The notes under the pieces: generated by a model
Database searches by the model: none
What the model saw: the letters and a program-made list of their open reading frames with translations, nothing else
Told to the model about the DNA's origin: nothing
Position numbers and translations under genes: made by a program
Shown here: positions 45,855 through 57,352 of the stretch, piece by piece
How the letters are laid out: each line of letters starts with the position of its first letter
Position numbering within the stretch: the first letter of the stretch is position 1
From: Candidatus Latescibacterota bacterium
GTDB lineage: Bacteria; Latescibacterota; UBA2968; UBA8231
Assembly (NCBI GenBank): GCA_965204725.1
Contig: OZ242005.1
Coordinates: 928,001-992,000 of the forward strand
Reading direction: 5' to 3'
Length of the DNA stretch: 64,000 nucleotides

Positions 45855-47084
45855 ATGCCGTCGTTGAAACAGGTAAAAATCAAGTTCGTGTTCGTCCTTT
45901 TGGGCATCGTCAGTGCTTGGATTGGCTGCTCCGACGCCCCGCCGGTAGCTCCTCGTCCTGCGGGCAAAGCCACCTGTGCCTTGTGCGATTTCTTGGGCGA
46001 CGAGAGATACACCATTGCCGACGGGCAGAGCATCCCCGAAAGCCCCGACAGCACCCAGACTGAAGCTGAAACCGATAGCACCCAGACCGAAGCCGATAGC
46101 ACCCAATCGGCCACCGTTTCGTTCGCCGACGCCAATCTGGAGCGTGCGGTGCGGGAGGCACTAAATCGCCCGCAAGGAACCCTGACCGTGGCGGATCTGG
46201 ATACACTGACCGTGCTCGACGCGAGCGATAGAAACATTCAGAGCTTGGCTGGCCTCGAACACGCGACGGCACTGCAAACGCTATATCTGCTGCGCAACGA
46301 AATTACGGATGTGAGTCCGCTGGCCGGCCTGACCAACCTGCAATCGCTGTCGTTGTGGGGGAATGAGATTGCGGACGTGCAGCCGTTGGCTAGCCTGACC
46401 AATCTGCGAAAGCTGTCGCTATGGGGTAACGAGATTACGGACATCCAGCCGTTAGCCAGCCTAACCAAACTGCAATGGCTTCAGCTAGGGAACAACGACA
46501 TTGCGGACATGCGGCCGTTAGCCAGCCTAACGAACCTCTATTGGCTGGGCGTGTTGGACAATGCCCTCAGCGGACACGCCATCAACCAACAACTCGCCGC
46601 CTTGCTAGAAAGGGGCGTCCGCATCCAAGCGGTAATAGACCGCATCCAATCCCCAGTGGAAGAAGTGGAAGAAGAGGAAGAAGAAGCAACGGAAGTCCGT
46701 TTGTTCGCCGACGCCAATCTGGAACGTGAAGTGCGAGCGGCACTGAGTCGCCCGCAGGGGACGCTTATCGCGGCGGATCTGGCTTCCCTGACCGTGCTCG
46801 AAGCGCGCAGTAAAAACATTCAGAGCTTGGCCGGCCTCCAACACGCGACAGCTCTGCAAACGCTGGACCTATACAACAACCAAATTACGGACTTGAGTCC
46901 GTTGGCCAGCCTGACCAGCTTGCAAGTGATATTTCTGCACAGCAACCAAGTTGCGGATGCGAGTCCGTTGGTCGGCCTGACCGCCCTGCAAACGCTGAAT
47001 CTGCAAAACAATCCCCTCAGCACAGCATCAATCAACACACACATCCCCGCCATACAAACAAACGGTGCCGTGGTAACCCATTGA
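45855..47084 (+). CDS. Internalin-like leucine-rich repeat lipoprotein
   Basis: Lipobox-like WIGC; 22-aa LRRs (LxxLxLxxNxIxDxxPL); duplicated cap FADANLERxVRxAL; DSTQTEA repeats. Confidence 0.88.
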   Translation: MPSLKQVKIKFVFVLLGIVSAWIGCSDAPPVAPRPAGKATCALCDFLGDERYTIADGQSIPESPDSTQTEAETDSTQTEADSTQSATVSFADANLERAVREALNRPQGTLTVADLDTLTVLDASDRNIQSLAGLEHATALQTLYLLRNEITDVSPLAGLTNLQSLSLWGNEIADVQPLASLTNLRKLSLWGNEITDIQPLASLTKLQWLQLGNNDIADMRPLASLTNLYWLGVLDNALSGHAINQQLAALLERGVRIQAVIDRIQSPVEEVEEEEEEATEVRLFADANLEREVRAALSRPQGTLIAADLASLTVLEARSKNIQSLAGLQHATALQTLDLYNNQITDLSPLASLTSLQVIFLHSNQVADASPLVGLTALQTLNLQNNPLSTASINTHIPAIQTNGAVVTH

Positions 47085-47165
47085 GGACAGCGATTCGCTT
47101 CGCAAGGTTTTTAGTTTATCCGAGCTCTCATCGGCTTGGTATAGGACGGGAACTGAAGTAATTAC

Positions 47166-47301
47166 CTAAGTACGCGACACTTGCGTTGAGTCCGCCTTTT
47201 CTGGCGTTGCCGCTGCGCCCGGGATCGAGGGCGTCCCGCCCTCGACGAGGGCAAGATGCCCTCGATCCTTGGAAGGTTGACCGCGGGTGTCGTGTAGTAA
47301 G
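47166..47301. mobile_element. MITE/REP-like element, family B (longest copy)
   Basis: CTAAGTACGCGAC ... GTCGTGTAGTAAG with the double-hairpin core. Confidence 0.72.
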
Positions 47302-47493
47302 AGTAATTACTCAGTACTTTGTATCGATCCATTGGGCATACCTGCCCTGACAGGGATAGCCGTTCTCGTCGTTGTGTCTATTGAGAGCAGTCGTCTGCTT
47401 TCTCCGCTTAAAGTGCTTTCCGCAGAACGAACATTCATAAACATAGGTTGGGCCGCTCGGAGACGATATGGCATAGAGGCTCTCCTTTGCTAG

Positions 47494-50400
47494 TCAGCTT
47501 GCAGCGGCAAAATCGCGGGCGTTTTGGAAGAGCTTGAGCCACGGGCCTGCTTCGCCGGTCCACTCGGCCGGACGCCAAGACAGTTGCACATTGCGGAAGA
47601 CGCGCTCGGGATGCGGCATCATGATGGTGGCGCGGCCATCGGCGCTGGTGAAGGCGGTCAGTCCTGCGGGCGACCCATTCGGATTGGACGGATAGCACTC
47701 GGCCGGGTGGCCGTAGTTATCTACGTAGCGCAGGCAGAGTTGATTTTGCCCTCGCGCCTGTTCCAAGGCTCGCTCATGGTCAAATTGGACGCGGCCCTCG
47801 CCGTGGGCTACCGCAATGGGCAGGCGCGACCCTTCCATGCCGCGCAAGAGCACCGAGCGGCTCTCCAGCACCTCTACGGTCGCCAGCCGCGCCTCAAACT
47901 GCTCGGAGCGGTTGGGGCCAAATCGCGGCCAGTTGGCCGCGCCCGGAATCAGCTCCTTGAGATGCGACAGCATCTGGCAGCCATTGCACACGCCCAAGGA
48001 AAAGGTATCCGGCCGCGCGAAGAAGGCGGCGAATTGCGCGCGCAGACGGTCGTGGAAGAGGATCGAGCGCGCCCAGCCGGCCCCGGCCCCTAACACATCG
48101 CCGTAGCTGAAGCCGCCGCAGGCCGCCAGTCCGTGGAACCCACTCAACTCGGCGCGGCCGGCCAACAAGTCGGTCATGGTCACGTCTATCGCCTCGCAGG
48201 CGGCCGCGTCAAAAGCGGCGGCCATTTCCACTTGGCCGTTGATGCCCTGCTCTCTCAGCACGGCTACGCGAGGCCGCGCCTTGCCCCTTATCGTCGGGGC
48301 GCCGTCGTGCGCCAAGTGGAAGTTCAGGCCCGGGTCTTGGCGGTCGCCGAGGGCCTCGTACTCTTCGCGGGCGCAGTCTGGGTCGTCGCGGTGGGCCTGC
48401 ATCCGATACGTCAGCTCAGCCCACGCTGCTTGGAGGTCGAGCAGGGGGGCCGCATAGACGAGCTCGCCGCTGCTGCAAACGCGCAGGTGCAAGGCGTCAA
48501 CGGGCTGGCCCACGTCGTGGACCAAATCGGCCAAGCCGTGGTCCGCAAAGACCTGATACACGGCGTGCTCATCCTCGGCGCGGTATTGAATCACGACGCC
48601 CACTTCCTCGCAAAAAAGGGCGGCGAGCGGATCGCGGCCCAGCGCGGCAATCTCCAACTCCACGCCGCAGCGGCCGGCAAAGGCCATCTCGGCCACGGCC
48701 GTGAAGAGGCCGCCGTCGGAGCGGTCGTGGTACGCGAGCACGAGCTCTTGGGCGAGCAAAGTCTGCACGGCCTCGTACAAGGAGCGAACCTCGTGCGCTT
48801 CCACATCCGGGACCTCGCAGCCGATTTGGTTGTACACTTGGGCGAGACAAGAGCCGCCAAGGCGGTTTTGTCCCCGGCCCAAGTCAACGAGCAGGAGCCG
48901 GGTGTCGCCGCGCTTTAGGTCGGGCGTGGCGTGGCGGTGGACATCTTCTACGGGCGCGAAGGCCGAGACGACCAAGCTCAAGGGAGCGACCACCTTGTGC
49001 GCTGTGCCCGCGGCGTCTTCCCACACGGCCCGCATGGACAGGGAGTCTTTGCCCACCGGGATGGATACCCCCAAGGCCGGGCAAAACTCCAACCCCACCG
49101 CACGCACGGTGTCGTACAGGGCCGCGTCCTCGCCCTCTTCGCCGCAGGCGCACATCCAGTTGCCCGACAGCTTGATGCGGTGAATCGAGCCGATGGACGC
49201 CGCGGCGATGTTGGTGATGGCCTCGGCTATGGCCACGCGCCCGGACGCCGGCGCATCAACTAAGGCGAGGGGGGTGCGCTCGCCCATGGCCATGGCCGAT
49301 CCGGTGGCTCCCTGAAAGGAGTGGCAGGTCAGGGCCAGATCGGCGACCGGCACCTGATGGGGGCCGACCATCTGATCGCGGGCGACCAAGCCGGTGACCG
49401 TGCGGTCGGCGATGGTGATGAGGAAGGTCTTGGCCGCTACGGCTGGGAAGCGGAGGACGCGCGCGGCCGCCTCGGCCACGGAGGGCGGCACCAAGGCGAG
49501 GGGCTGCAACACGGGCTGGCTGCGCGTTGCTCGGCGCAGCATCTTGGGCGGCTTGCCCAAAATGACCGCTAGGTCGAGGCGGTCAATGGGCTTGCCGCCG
49601 AGGAGCGAGTCGTCGAGGGAGAGCAGGCCATCGCCCGTGATCTCGCCGATGACCGCAAACAGGCAACGCTCGCGTGCGGCCAACTCGGCAAAGCGAGCCA
49701 AATCAGCGCGGCCCACCACCAGCACGTAGCGCTCTTGCGCCTCGTTGCTCCAAATCTGCATCGGACTCATGCCCGGGTCGTCGTTGTGAATGGCGCGCAA
49801 GTCAAAGCGCGCGCCCACGTCTGCGACCAGCTCCGGGCAGGCGTTGGACAGGCCGCCGGCCCCCACGTCGTGGATGCTGAGGATGGGGTTTTCCGCGCCG
49901 AGTGCTATGCAGCGGCTGATTAGCTCTTGGCAGCGGCGCTGCATCTCGGGGTTGTCGCGCTGCACCGAGGCAAAATCGAGGTCCTCGCTGTTGGCGCCGG
50001 TGTCCATGCTAGAGGCCGCGCCGCCGCCGAGGCCAATGAGCATGGCCGGTCCCCCGAGCTGAATGACGCAATCGCCCGCGGCCGGGGTTTTCTTGGCTAC
50101 GTGGGCGGCGTCGATGAGCCCCACGCCGCCCGCGACCATGATCGGCTTGTGATAGCCGCGCCACACTCCGGTGCTGTCGTCCTCTAAGGTGCGGAACACC
50201 CCCAAGATGTTGGGCCGGCCGAATTCATTGCCAAAGGCCGCGCCGCCGATCGGCCCTTCGGTCATAATGGCGAGCGGGGAAGCCAAGCGGTCTGGGCAGG
50301 CGGCTCGCTTGTTTTCCCACGGCTGAGCAAACCGAGGCAGGCGCAGATGCGAGGTGAAAAAGGCGCACAGGCCGGCCTGCGACCAGCCGCCCGTGCCGGC

Positions 50401-51327
50401 CGCCCCTTCGTCGCGGATCTCCCCGCCGACTCCGGTAGAGGCACCGGGATAGGGCGCGATGGCGGTGGGATGGTTGTGGGTCTCGACCTTGATCAAGACG
50501 TGGGTCTGGCGCGGGCGGTATCCATAGCGAAAGCCCTCGTCCGGGCCGAAGACCGGCACGGCAAAGCCCTCGATTACGCCGGCGTTGTCGGAATACGCCT
50601 TAACCGTGCCTTGGGGGTGGGCGGTGTGCGTGTGGCGAACCATGTCGAAGAGCGAGTGCGCTTGGTGCTGGCCGTTGATGACCCAATCGGCGTTGAAAAT
50701 TTTATGGCGGCAGTGCTCGGAGTTGACCACCGCAAACATCATCAGCTCCACGTCCGTCGGATCGCGGCCGGCAAAGGCGTGTAGCGCGTAGTCGATTTCC
50801 TCGTCTGACAGGGCCAAGCCCATCGTGCGATTGGCGGTCACGAGCGCCCGCCGCCCCTCGGCCTGCACCGGAATGTGGACTAGCGGTTTGGGTTCCACGC
50901 GGCGAAAGAGGGACGCTAAGGAATGGAGCGGCGCCTCGGTCATGCGGTCGTAGAGCAACGGCAAGACCGCGCTGGGCAAGGTATCGGCGGCCAAGGCATA
51001 GCGCGTGCCGCGCTCGACTCGGCGCACGAATTCAAGGCCGCAGTTTTTGAGGATGTCGGTGGCCTTGCTCGACCACGGGGACGTCGTGCCCGGGCGCGGG
51101 CCAATGGTGACCTCGTTGCGCGTGCGCGCTGGCAGGGCCGCATCTACGTCGAGAAGGCGCATGAGCCGTGCCCGCTCGTCGTCTGCTAGGGCGCGTGTGC
51201 ATTGCACGGCATAGAAATACGTGGCGTGCAGGTCTTCAATCTCGGGGGCGCACCGCTGGCAGTCCGCTAAAAGCGACCGACGGCGCAGGGACGACAGGGC
51301 CGGGGGGCCGACAAAGGCGAGTAGCAT
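47494..51327 (-). CDS. purL: Phosphoribosylformylglycinamidine synthase (large single-chain form)
   Basis: [47 protein letters not shown]. Confidence 0.97.
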   Translation of the reverse strand: MLLAFVGPPALSSLRRRSLLADCQRCAPEIEDLHATYFYAVQCTRALADDERARLMRLLDVDAALPARTRNEVTIGPRPGTTSPWSSKATDILKNCGLEFVRRVERGTRYALAADTLPSAVLPLLYDRMTEAPLHSLASLFRRVEPKPLVHIPVQAEGRRALVTANRTMGLALSDEEIDYALHAFAGRDPTDVELMMFAVVNSEHCRHKIFNADWVINGQHQAHSLFDMVRHTHTAHPQGTVKAYSDNAGVIEGFAVPVFGPDEGFRYGYRPRQTHVLIKVETHNHPTAIAPYPGASTGVGGEIRDEGAAGTGGWSQAGLCAFFTSHLRLPRFAQPWENKRAACPDRLASPLAIMTEGPIGGAAFGNEFGRPNILGVFRTLEDDSTGVWRGYHKPIMVAGGVGLIDAAHVAKKTPAAGDCVIQLGGPAMLIGLGGGAASSMDTGANSEDLDFASVQRDNPEMQRRCQELISRCIALGAENPILSIHDVGAGGLSNACPELVADVGARFDLRAIHNDDPGMSPMQIWSNEAQERYVLVVGRADLARFAELAARERCLFAVIGEITGDGLLSLDDSLLGGKPIDRLDLAVILGKPPKMLRRATRSQPVLQPLALVPPSVAEAAARVLRFPAVAAKTFLITIADRTVTGLVARDQMVGPHQVPVADLALTCHSFQGATGSAMAMGERTPLALVDAPASGRVAIAEAITNIAAASIGSIHRIKLSGNWMCACGEEGEDAALYDTVRAVGLEFCPALGVSIPVGKDSLSMRAVWEDAAGTAHKVVAPLSLVVSAFAPVEDVHRHATPDLKRGDTRLLLVDLGRGQNRLGGSCLAQVYNQIGCEVPDVEAHEVRSLYEAVQTLLAQELVLAYHDRSDGGLFTAVAEMAFAGRCGVELEIAALGRDPLAALFCEEVGVVIQYRAEDEHAVYQVFADHGLADLVHDVGQPVDALHLRVCSSGELVYAAPLLDLQAAWAELTYRMQAHRDDPDCAREEYEALGDRQDPGLNFHLAHDGAPTIRGKARPRVAVLREQGINGQVEMAAAFDAAACEAIDVTMTDLLAGRAELSGFHGLAACGGFSYGDVLGAGAGWARSILFHDRLRAQFAAFFARPDTFSLGVCNGCQMLSHLKELIPGAANWPRFGPNRSEQFEARLATVEVLESRSVLLRGMEGSRLPIAVAHGEGRVQFDHERALEQARGQNQLCLRYVDNYGHPAECYPSNPNGSPAGLTAFTSADGRATIMMPHPERVFRNVQLSWRPAEWTGEAGPWLKLFQNARDFAAAS

Positions 51328-51473
51328 GGGATACTTTCTAAAGGGAAAAGTGCGATAAATGTAGGAGTTGCCGCGAAAACGCTCAAGCATTGAGGCGGCT
51401 CGCCGCTCGCGTTTTGCCTCTGCGTACATACATGGCTATTTTTCCAACCCCTAGCCCATGAGTTGGAGGTTCT

Positions 51474-54281
51474 ATGTCATTTGCTACGCACAGTGAAAAC
51501 GCCGAGTACGTCGAGGGCCTTTACGCCCAGTACCAGCGCGACCCCAGTACGCTCCCAGAAGAGTGGCAGCACTTCTTCCGCGGCTTTGAATTTGGCTTCG
51601 CGCGCTCTGAGGCCGATGGCGAAGCAGCAGAAGCAGTAGAAGCCTTGCCGCAGCAGTCCCAAATAGAGGCTTTTGAGGGCCTTTTGGCTCTCGAAGGCGT
51701 CCGTGCCCTCGTGCAGGCCTATCGGCAAATGGGGCACTTCGTCGCCCGGCTCGACCCGCTGGGGGACGACCGCGAGAGCCTGCCGCTGTTGGATCTAATG
51801 GAATTTGGCCTCGCCGAAGAGGACCTCGAAAGGGCCGTGGGCAACGGCGGATTCCTCGGGCGCACGGACGGAACCTTAAAGGGGCTGTTGAGCAAGCTCA
51901 AAACCACGTATTGCCGCTCCATTGGCGTCGAATACATGGACATCCCCGACAAGGATCAGCGCGACTGGCTGCAAGAGCGGATAGAGCCTTGCCTCAACAA
52001 CCCCAATTTGTCCGCAGAAGCGGCGCGCCGCGTGCTCGCCCGGCTCATCGCCGCCGAGGAGTTTGAGCAGTTTTTGCACACGCGCTACGTCGGGCAAAAG
52101 CGCTTCTCGCTCGAAGGGGGCGAGTCCTTGGTGCCGCTCTTGGACGAGTTGGTCAACACCGGCTCCAAGCTAGGCGTCGAAGAGGTGGTCCTCGGCATGG
52201 CCCATCGCGGCCGGCTCAACGTGCTGGCGCATCTTTTGCACAAGCCCTACGAAGAGATCCTCGCCGAGTTCGAGGGCACCGACCGCACGGACCGCGACGA
52301 CGACGAGGGCGACGTCAAATACCACAAGGGCTATTCCTGCGACCACGTCACCGACGAGGGGCGCAAGGTCCACCTCTCGCTCAGTTTTAACCCCAGCCAC
52401 TTAGAGCTGGTGGATCCGGTCATCGAGGGCATCGTCTATGCCAAGCAGGCGTACTTGCGCGACGCCGAAGGGGCGCGGGTGGTGCCGGTGCTCATCCACG
52501 GCGAGGCCGCCTTTACCGGCCAAGGGATCGTCTCGGAGACGCTCAATCTCTCCGAATTGCCCGGCTACCGCACCGGCGGCACCGTCCACATCATCATCAA
52601 CAACCAACTCGGCTACACCGCTCAAGCCAACGAGACGCGCTTTACTCCCTATCCGACCGACGTAGCCAAGGAGATTCAGGCACCGGTCTTCCACGTCAAC
52701 GCCGACGATCCCGAAGCCGTAATCCAAACCGCGCAAGTGGCGATGGAGTTCCGGCACCGCTTCAAGGTGGATGTGATCATCGATTTGTGGTGTTATCGCC
52801 GCTACGGGCACAACGAGGCCGACGACCCGACCCTAACCCAACCGCTGATGTACAAGAAGATCGCCGAGCACCCGACGATCCTCCATCTGTATTCCTTCCA
52901 ACTCATGGCCCAAAACAAAATATCCCAAGAGGAAGCCGACGATATCCGCTCGCGGGTCCGCACCCGGCTCGAAGAGGCCCAGCAAATCGCCCGACGCTTA
53001 CAAGTCCAGCCCCACACGGCGTCTTTCGGGGGCGTCTGGCAGGGCCTGACTTGGGCGCCCAACGACTGGAGTGCCCACACGGCTGTCGATGCCAAGATCC
53101 TGCGGCAGATCGTCGAGCGGGCGACCCAAGTGCCCGACGGGTTCTCCCTGCACCGCACAATCCAGCGGATGGTCGAGGCGCGTCGCGCCATGGCCGCCGG
53201 TCAGACGCCCATCGATTGGGGCTGCGGCGAGGTCATGGCCTTTGGCTCGTTGCTGCGGGAGGGGGTGCCGGTGCGCCTGACCGGCCAAGACAGCCAGCGC
53301 GGCACCTTTGCCCACCGCCACGCCGTCTGGCACGACACCGAAACGGGTGCCAAGCACATCCCTTTGCAGTGCTTGGAGCGAGATCAAGCCGAGTTTGTGG
53401 TCATCAATACCATGCTATCGGAGCTGGCAGTGGTCGGTTTTGAATACGGGATCAGCTCGGCGGACCCGCGGCGCTTGGTCTTGTGGGAGGCCCAGTTCGG
53501 CGACTTCGTCAACGGCGCGCAGATGATCATTGACCAATTCCTCTCCAGCGGCGAAGCCAAGTGGCAGCGAATGAGCGGATTGGTCCTGCTGTTGCCACAC
53601 GGGTACGAAGGCATGGGGCCAGAGCACTCCAGTGCGCGGCTGGAGCGCTTTTTGCAACTATGCGCCAAAAACAACATGCAGGTGGCCTATCCGACCACGC
53701 CAGCGCAACTGTTTCACATCTTGCGGCGACAGGTCCACCGCAACTTCCGCAAGCCGCTGGTGCTCATGACCCCCAAGAGCCTCCTGCGGCACAAGCAATG
53801 CGTCTCCGATCTAGCAGAATTTTCCGCGGGGACGTTCCAGCAGGTCATCGACGACTCGGTCATCGACGATCCAGCCGCCGTCAGCCGGGTAGTGCTATGC
53901 ACCGGCAAAATTTACTACGACTTGGTAGCTGCTCGCAGCCAAGGGAAAGACGGCAATGGGGTGGCACTGCTGCGCGTTGAGGAGCTTTATCCGTTCCCAA
54001 CCGCCGAGCTCCAAGCTGCGTTCAATCGCTACCCCGCCGCTAAGCAGTTCTACTGGGTGCAGGAAGAGTCCCAGAACATGGGCGCGTGGTTTTTTGTCCA
54101 GCCGTACATAGATAAGCTGTTGCCCGCGCACTGCGAGTTGAACTACGTGGGCCGCGACGAAGCGGCCAGTCCGGCCACGGGTTCGGGACTCCTCCACCAA
54201 ACCGAGCAACGAGAAATCGTCGAGCAGGCATTAGGCCGAAGCCGCAAAATAGTGCTGCATCAGCAGCGGCAATCTGGTTAG
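51474..54281 (+). CDS. sucA: 2-oxoglutarate dehydrogenase E1
   Basis: [44 protein letters not shown]. Confidence 0.96.
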   Translation: MSFATHSENAEYVEGLYAQYQRDPSTLPEEWQHFFRGFEFGFARSEADGEAAEAVEALPQQSQIEAFEGLLALEGVRALVQAYRQMGHFVARLDPLGDDRESLPLLDLMEFGLAEEDLERAVGNGGFLGRTDGTLKGLLSKLKTTYCRSIGVEYMDIPDKDQRDWLQERIEPCLNNPNLSAEAARRVLARLIAAEEFEQFLHTRYVGQKRFSLEGGESLVPLLDELVNTGSKLGVEEVVLGMAHRGRLNVLAHLLHKPYEEILAEFEGTDRTDRDDDEGDVKYHKGYSCDHVTDEGRKVHLSLSFNPSHLELVDPVIEGIVYAKQAYLRDAEGARVVPVLIHGEAAFTGQGIVSETLNLSELPGYRTGGTVHIIINNQLGYTAQANETRFTPYPTDVAKEIQAPVFHVNADDPEAVIQTAQVAMEFRHRFKVDVIIDLWCYRRYGHNEADDPTLTQPLMYKKIAEHPTILHLYSFQLMAQNKISQEEADDIRSRVRTRLEEAQQIARRLQVQPHTASFGGVWQGLTWAPNDWSAHTAVDAKILRQIVERATQVPDGFSLHRTIQRMVEARRAMAAGQTPIDWGCGEVMAFGSLLREGVPVRLTGQDSQRGTFAHRHAVWHDTETGAKHIPLQCLERDQAEFVVINTMLSELAVVGFEYGISSADPRRLVLWEAQFGDFVNGAQMIIDQFLSSGEAKWQRMSGLVLLLPHGYEGMGPEHSSARLERFLQLCAKNNMQVAYPTTPAQLFHILRRQVHRNFRKPLVLMTPKSLLRHKQCVSDLAEFSAGTFQQVIDDSVIDDPAAVSRVVLCTGKIYYDLVAARSQGKDGNGVALLRVEELYPFPTAELQAAFNRYPAAKQFYWVQEESQNMGAWFFVQPYIDKLLPAHCELNYVGRDEAASPATGSGLLHQTEQREIVEQALGRSRKIVLHQQRQSG

Positions 54282-54292
54282 GAGCAGGTACA

Positions 54293-55549
54293 ATGTCAGT
54301 ACAAGTCGAAATACCGAGCATGGGCGAATCAGTCAACGAGGTCATTCTCCTCGAATGGCTCAAGGGCGATGGCGAGCGCGTTGAGCAGGACGAGCCGCTC
54401 TGCGTACTAGAGACCGACAAGGCCAACGTCGATCTGCCGTCCCCAGCCAGCGGTGCGCTCAAGCACCTACAACCTATTGAAACCACTTTGGCAATAGGAT
54501 CGATAGTCGCGGAAATAGCGGAAATAGCGGAGGGCGAAGAACCGGCCGCGCCGGCCCCGGCGTCCCAACCTTCGGCGAGTTCAGCCGAGCCGTCGAAGCC
54601 CGAACCCGTCCTAAGTCCAGCCGTGCGCCGCTTAGTCGAAGAGCACGAGCTGGACCCGGCCGCCATAGAGGGCACGGGCAAGGATGGGCGTCTAACAAAA
54701 AAGGATGTGCTCGCCCACCTAGAGGCTCTATCCGCGCCCGCCGAACCTACGCCGCCGCCGCCTACGCCTGAACCTGCACCGCCTCCACCACCTGAACCCG
54801 CTCCTCCACCTACGCCTGCGTCCCCTCCACCCCCTCCGCCCGCCGGTCCCGACCCCATTCGTCGCGAGCCGATGAGCCGGCTTCGCCAGCGCATTGCCGA
54901 GCACTTGGTCGCCGCCCAGCACAACGCGGCCATGCTGACGACCTTCAACGAAATCGACATGAGCGCGGTGATGCAGCTTCGGGCCAAGTACAAGGAGCGC
55001 TTTGCCCAAGTTCACGGCACGTCGCTGGGATTGATGTCCTTTTTCTCGCGCGCCACCGTCCTCGCCCTTGGCGAGTTTCCGGCGATCAACGCGCAAATTG
55101 ACGGCACCCACATTGTGTATCACGACTTCGTCAATTTGGGGATCGCGGTGAGCACCGAGCGCGGGCTCGTCGTGCCGGTCTTGCGCCGCGCCGATCAGAT
55201 GTCCATCGCCCAACTCGAAAGCAACATCAAGCGACTCGCGCTGAGTGCCCGCGACAACAAGCTGGCCATGGACGAGCTAAGCGGCGGCACCTTTACCATC
55301 ACCAACGGCGGAGTTTTCGGCTCGCTGCTTTCCACGCCGATTCTAAACGCGCCGCAAAGTGGAATTCTGGGGATGCACGCGATCCAAGAGCGGCCCGTGG
55401 CCGTGGAGGGCCAAGTGGCGATCAGGCCGATGATGTACACAGCCCTGTCCTACGACCATCGGCTCGTCGATGGCCAACAGTCGGTTTCGTTTTTAGTGCG
55501 AATAAAGGAACTGTTGGAAGATCCGGCGCGCCTGATACTAGAGGTATAG
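54293..55549 (+). CDS. sucB: Dihydrolipoamide succinyltransferase E2
   Basis: Lipoyl [26 protein letters not shown]. Confidence 0.96.
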   Translation: MSVQVEIPSMGESVNEVILLEWLKGDGERVEQDEPLCVLETDKANVDLPSPASGALKHLQPIETTLAIGSIVAEIAEIAEGEEPAAPAPASQPSASSAEPSKPEPVLSPAVRRLVEEHELDPAAIEGTGKDGRLTKKDVLAHLEALSAPAEPTPPPPTPEPAPPPPPEPAPPPTPASPPPPPPAGPDPIRREPMSRLRQRIAEHLVAAQHNAAMLTTFNEIDMSAVMQLRAKYKERFAQVHGTSLGLMSFFSRATVLALGEFPAINAQIDGTHIVYHDFVNLGIAVSTERGLVVPVLRRADQMSIAQLESNIKRLALSARDNKLAMDELSGGTFTITNGGVFGSLLSTPILNAPQSGILGMHAIQERPVAVEGQVAIRPMMYTALSYDHRLVDGQQSVSFLVRIKELLEDPARLILEV

Positions 55550-55606
55550 CGGGCGGCTGTCGCCGGTCCCAGCGGATAAACGCCGATGCCCAATTTTGTT
55601 TGGCGA

Positions 55607-55752
55607 TATAGCCATCCTACATCTTTCAAGACTGGATTCCCGCCCCGTGTCGAGGCACGGGGTGACGTTCTTTCGCGGGAATGACGCCTCAGAGGCAAAA
55701 AAGACCGTGCCGATCTACATTCCATGCTTTCAAATTATTTAGGACTGCGACA
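55607..55752. mobile_element. MITE/REP-like element, family A, copy 2 with 27-bp hairpin insert
   Basis: Aligns to 21601-21719; extra CCCGTGTCGAGGCACGGGGTGACGTTC inside the central palindrome; right TIR degenerate. Confidence 0.72.
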
Positions 55753-55805
55753 TTTGGAAGTCTGTCTGACGAGAGCCAACTGCTAATCACGCAAAGAGGA
55801 AAATC

Positions 55806-57188
55806 GTGAGCGACACTGCATTCGACTTAGTAGTCATCGGCGCTGGGCCGGGCGGCTACGTAGCCGCAAGCAAGGCGGCGCAACTCGGTATGAAGGTGGC
55901 CTGCATCGACAAAAGCTACCTCGGCGGCACCTGCCTCAACGTCGGCTGCATCCCCAGCAAGGCCCTGCTGGAATCGAGTGCTTTGTTCTACAGGGTCAAG
56001 AAGGGGTTGGGGCACCACGGAATCGGGCAGGGCGAAGTGGGCTTGGACCTGCGGGCCATGATGGCGCGGAAAGAGAAAATCGTCCAGACCATGACCCAAG
56101 GCATTGAGGGGTTGTTCAAGGGCCGAGGGGTGACGCATTTCGTCGGTGCGGGCCGAGTTCTCGCCCCGGGCAGCGTGTCGGTGCAGGGTGCCGATGGAGA
56201 GCAGGTGCTGGCTACCAAGCACATTTTGCTGGCCACCGGGAGTACGCCCGTGGAACTGCCGAACCTGCCCTTTGACGGAGAGCACGTAATCAGTTCGACC
56301 GAGGCCCTAACCCTAGAAAAGGTCCCTGAGCAGCTCGTCGTCATTGGCGGCGGTGCCATTGGGCTAGAGTTGGGGTCCGTGTGGTCGCGGCTAGGTGCCC
56401 AAGTGCTCGTAGTCGAGGCCATGGAGCAGATTTTGCCGGGGATGGACCGAGAGATGGCCCAGCAGCTAGAGCGGCCGCTCAAGCGACAGGGGCTACAGTT
56501 CCTGCTCGGGGCCAAGGCTCAAGCCGCCGCGATCGCCGAGGGCCAAATTACCCTGACCATAGTGACCGGCGATCAGGAGCGCGTCGAGACGTGCGATCTG
56601 GTGCTGGTGGCCGTGGGGCGCAAACCATGCAGCGCGGGCTTGGGGCTGGAAGAGGTGGGCGTGGAGATCAACGAGCGGGGACAGGTCTTGGTTGACGCGC
56701 AGGGGCGCACCCATGTCGAGGGCATCTGGGCTATCGGCGACCTCGTGCCCGGGGCGATGTTGGCCCACAAGGCCGAGGCCGAAGGAATCGCGGTCGCCGA
56801 GCGGATGGCCGGGCGGGCGGGGCAAGTCAACCACGAGGCCATACCCGCGGTCGTGTACACCCATCCAGAACTGGCTTCTGTCGGCGCGAGCGAGGAAGAA
56901 GCCACCGCAGCCGGCCGCGAGGTCGCGGTCGGCAAGTACCCATTTCGCGGCAATGCCCGCGCCCACTGCATGGACGACACAGATGGCCTAGTCAAGGTCG
57001 TCGCCGATGCACACACCGACCAACTCTTGGGGCTGCACATCCTAGGGCCGCAGGCTTCGCACTTGATTGCCGAGGGCGTCTTGGCCCTAGAGTTCGGTGC
57101 CAGTGCCGAGGATGTGGCCCGCACTGTCCACGCACATCCGGCTTTGTCAGAGGTCGTGGGCGAGGCGGCGCGGTCGGTGGGGGAATAG
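55806..57188 (+). CDS. lpdA: Dihydrolipoyl dehydrogenase E3
   Basis: [35 protein letters not shown]. Confidence 0.96.
   Translation: MSDTAFDLVVIGAGPGGYVAASKAAQLGMKVACIDKSYLGGTCLNVGCIPSKALLESSALFYRVKKGLGHHGIGQGEVGLDLRAMMARKEKIVQTMTQGIEGLFKGRGVTHFVGAGRVLAPGSVSVQGADGEQVLATKHILLATGSTPVELPNLPFDGEHVISSTEALTLEKVPEQLVVIGGGAIGLELGSVWSRLGAQVLVVEAMEQILPGMDREMAQQLERPLKRQGLQFLLGAKAQAAAIAEGQITLTIVTGDQERVETCDLVLVAVGRKPCSAGLGLEEVGVEINERGQVLVDAQGRTHVEGIWAIGDLVPGAMLAHKAEAEGIAVAERMAGRAGQVNHEAIPAVVYTHPELASVGASEEEATAAGREVAVGKYPFRGNARAHCMDDTDGLVKVVADAHTDQLLGLHILGPQASHLIAEGVLALEFGASAEDVARTVHAHPALSEVVGEAARSVGE
57076..57173 (+). repeat. 98-bp direct repeat, copy 1 (current lpdA 3' end)
   Basis: Near-identical to 58224-58321. 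Confidence 0.88.
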
Positions 57189-57193
57189 ATCGC

Positions 57194-57352
57194 TTATTTT
57201 TTTGGCGATTGGCCGGACGAAGAGGCTGGTTTGGTTGAGAGGGATTTAGGCGCGGGTGGGCGCGTTTTGATTTTAGATGGGGCCGAATTACGGCCGCCCT
57301 TTCGGACATAGCCCTCGGTCAAGGGGGGGGTCCTACGTTGAGCGTTGGGCAT
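57194..57352 (-). CDS. Small basic Pro/Ser/Lys-rich peptide (52 aa), absent from the ORF track
   Basis: MPNAQRRTPPLTEGYVRKGGRNSAPSKIKTRPPAPKSLSTKPASSSGQSPKK; AGGAG RBS; start overlaps the 3' end of the upstream membrane-protein gene. Confidence 0.5.
   Translation of the reverse strand: MPNAQRRTPPLTEGYVRKGGRNSAPSKIKTRPPAPKSLSTKPASSSGQSPKK

Noticed and set aside
34488-47301. Family B repeats as a CRISPR array
   Set aside because: Copies are kilobases apart and in mixed orientation, with no spacers.
54730-54850. Low-complexity CCG/CCT repeats
   Set aside because: Ordinary Pro-rich linker of SucB.
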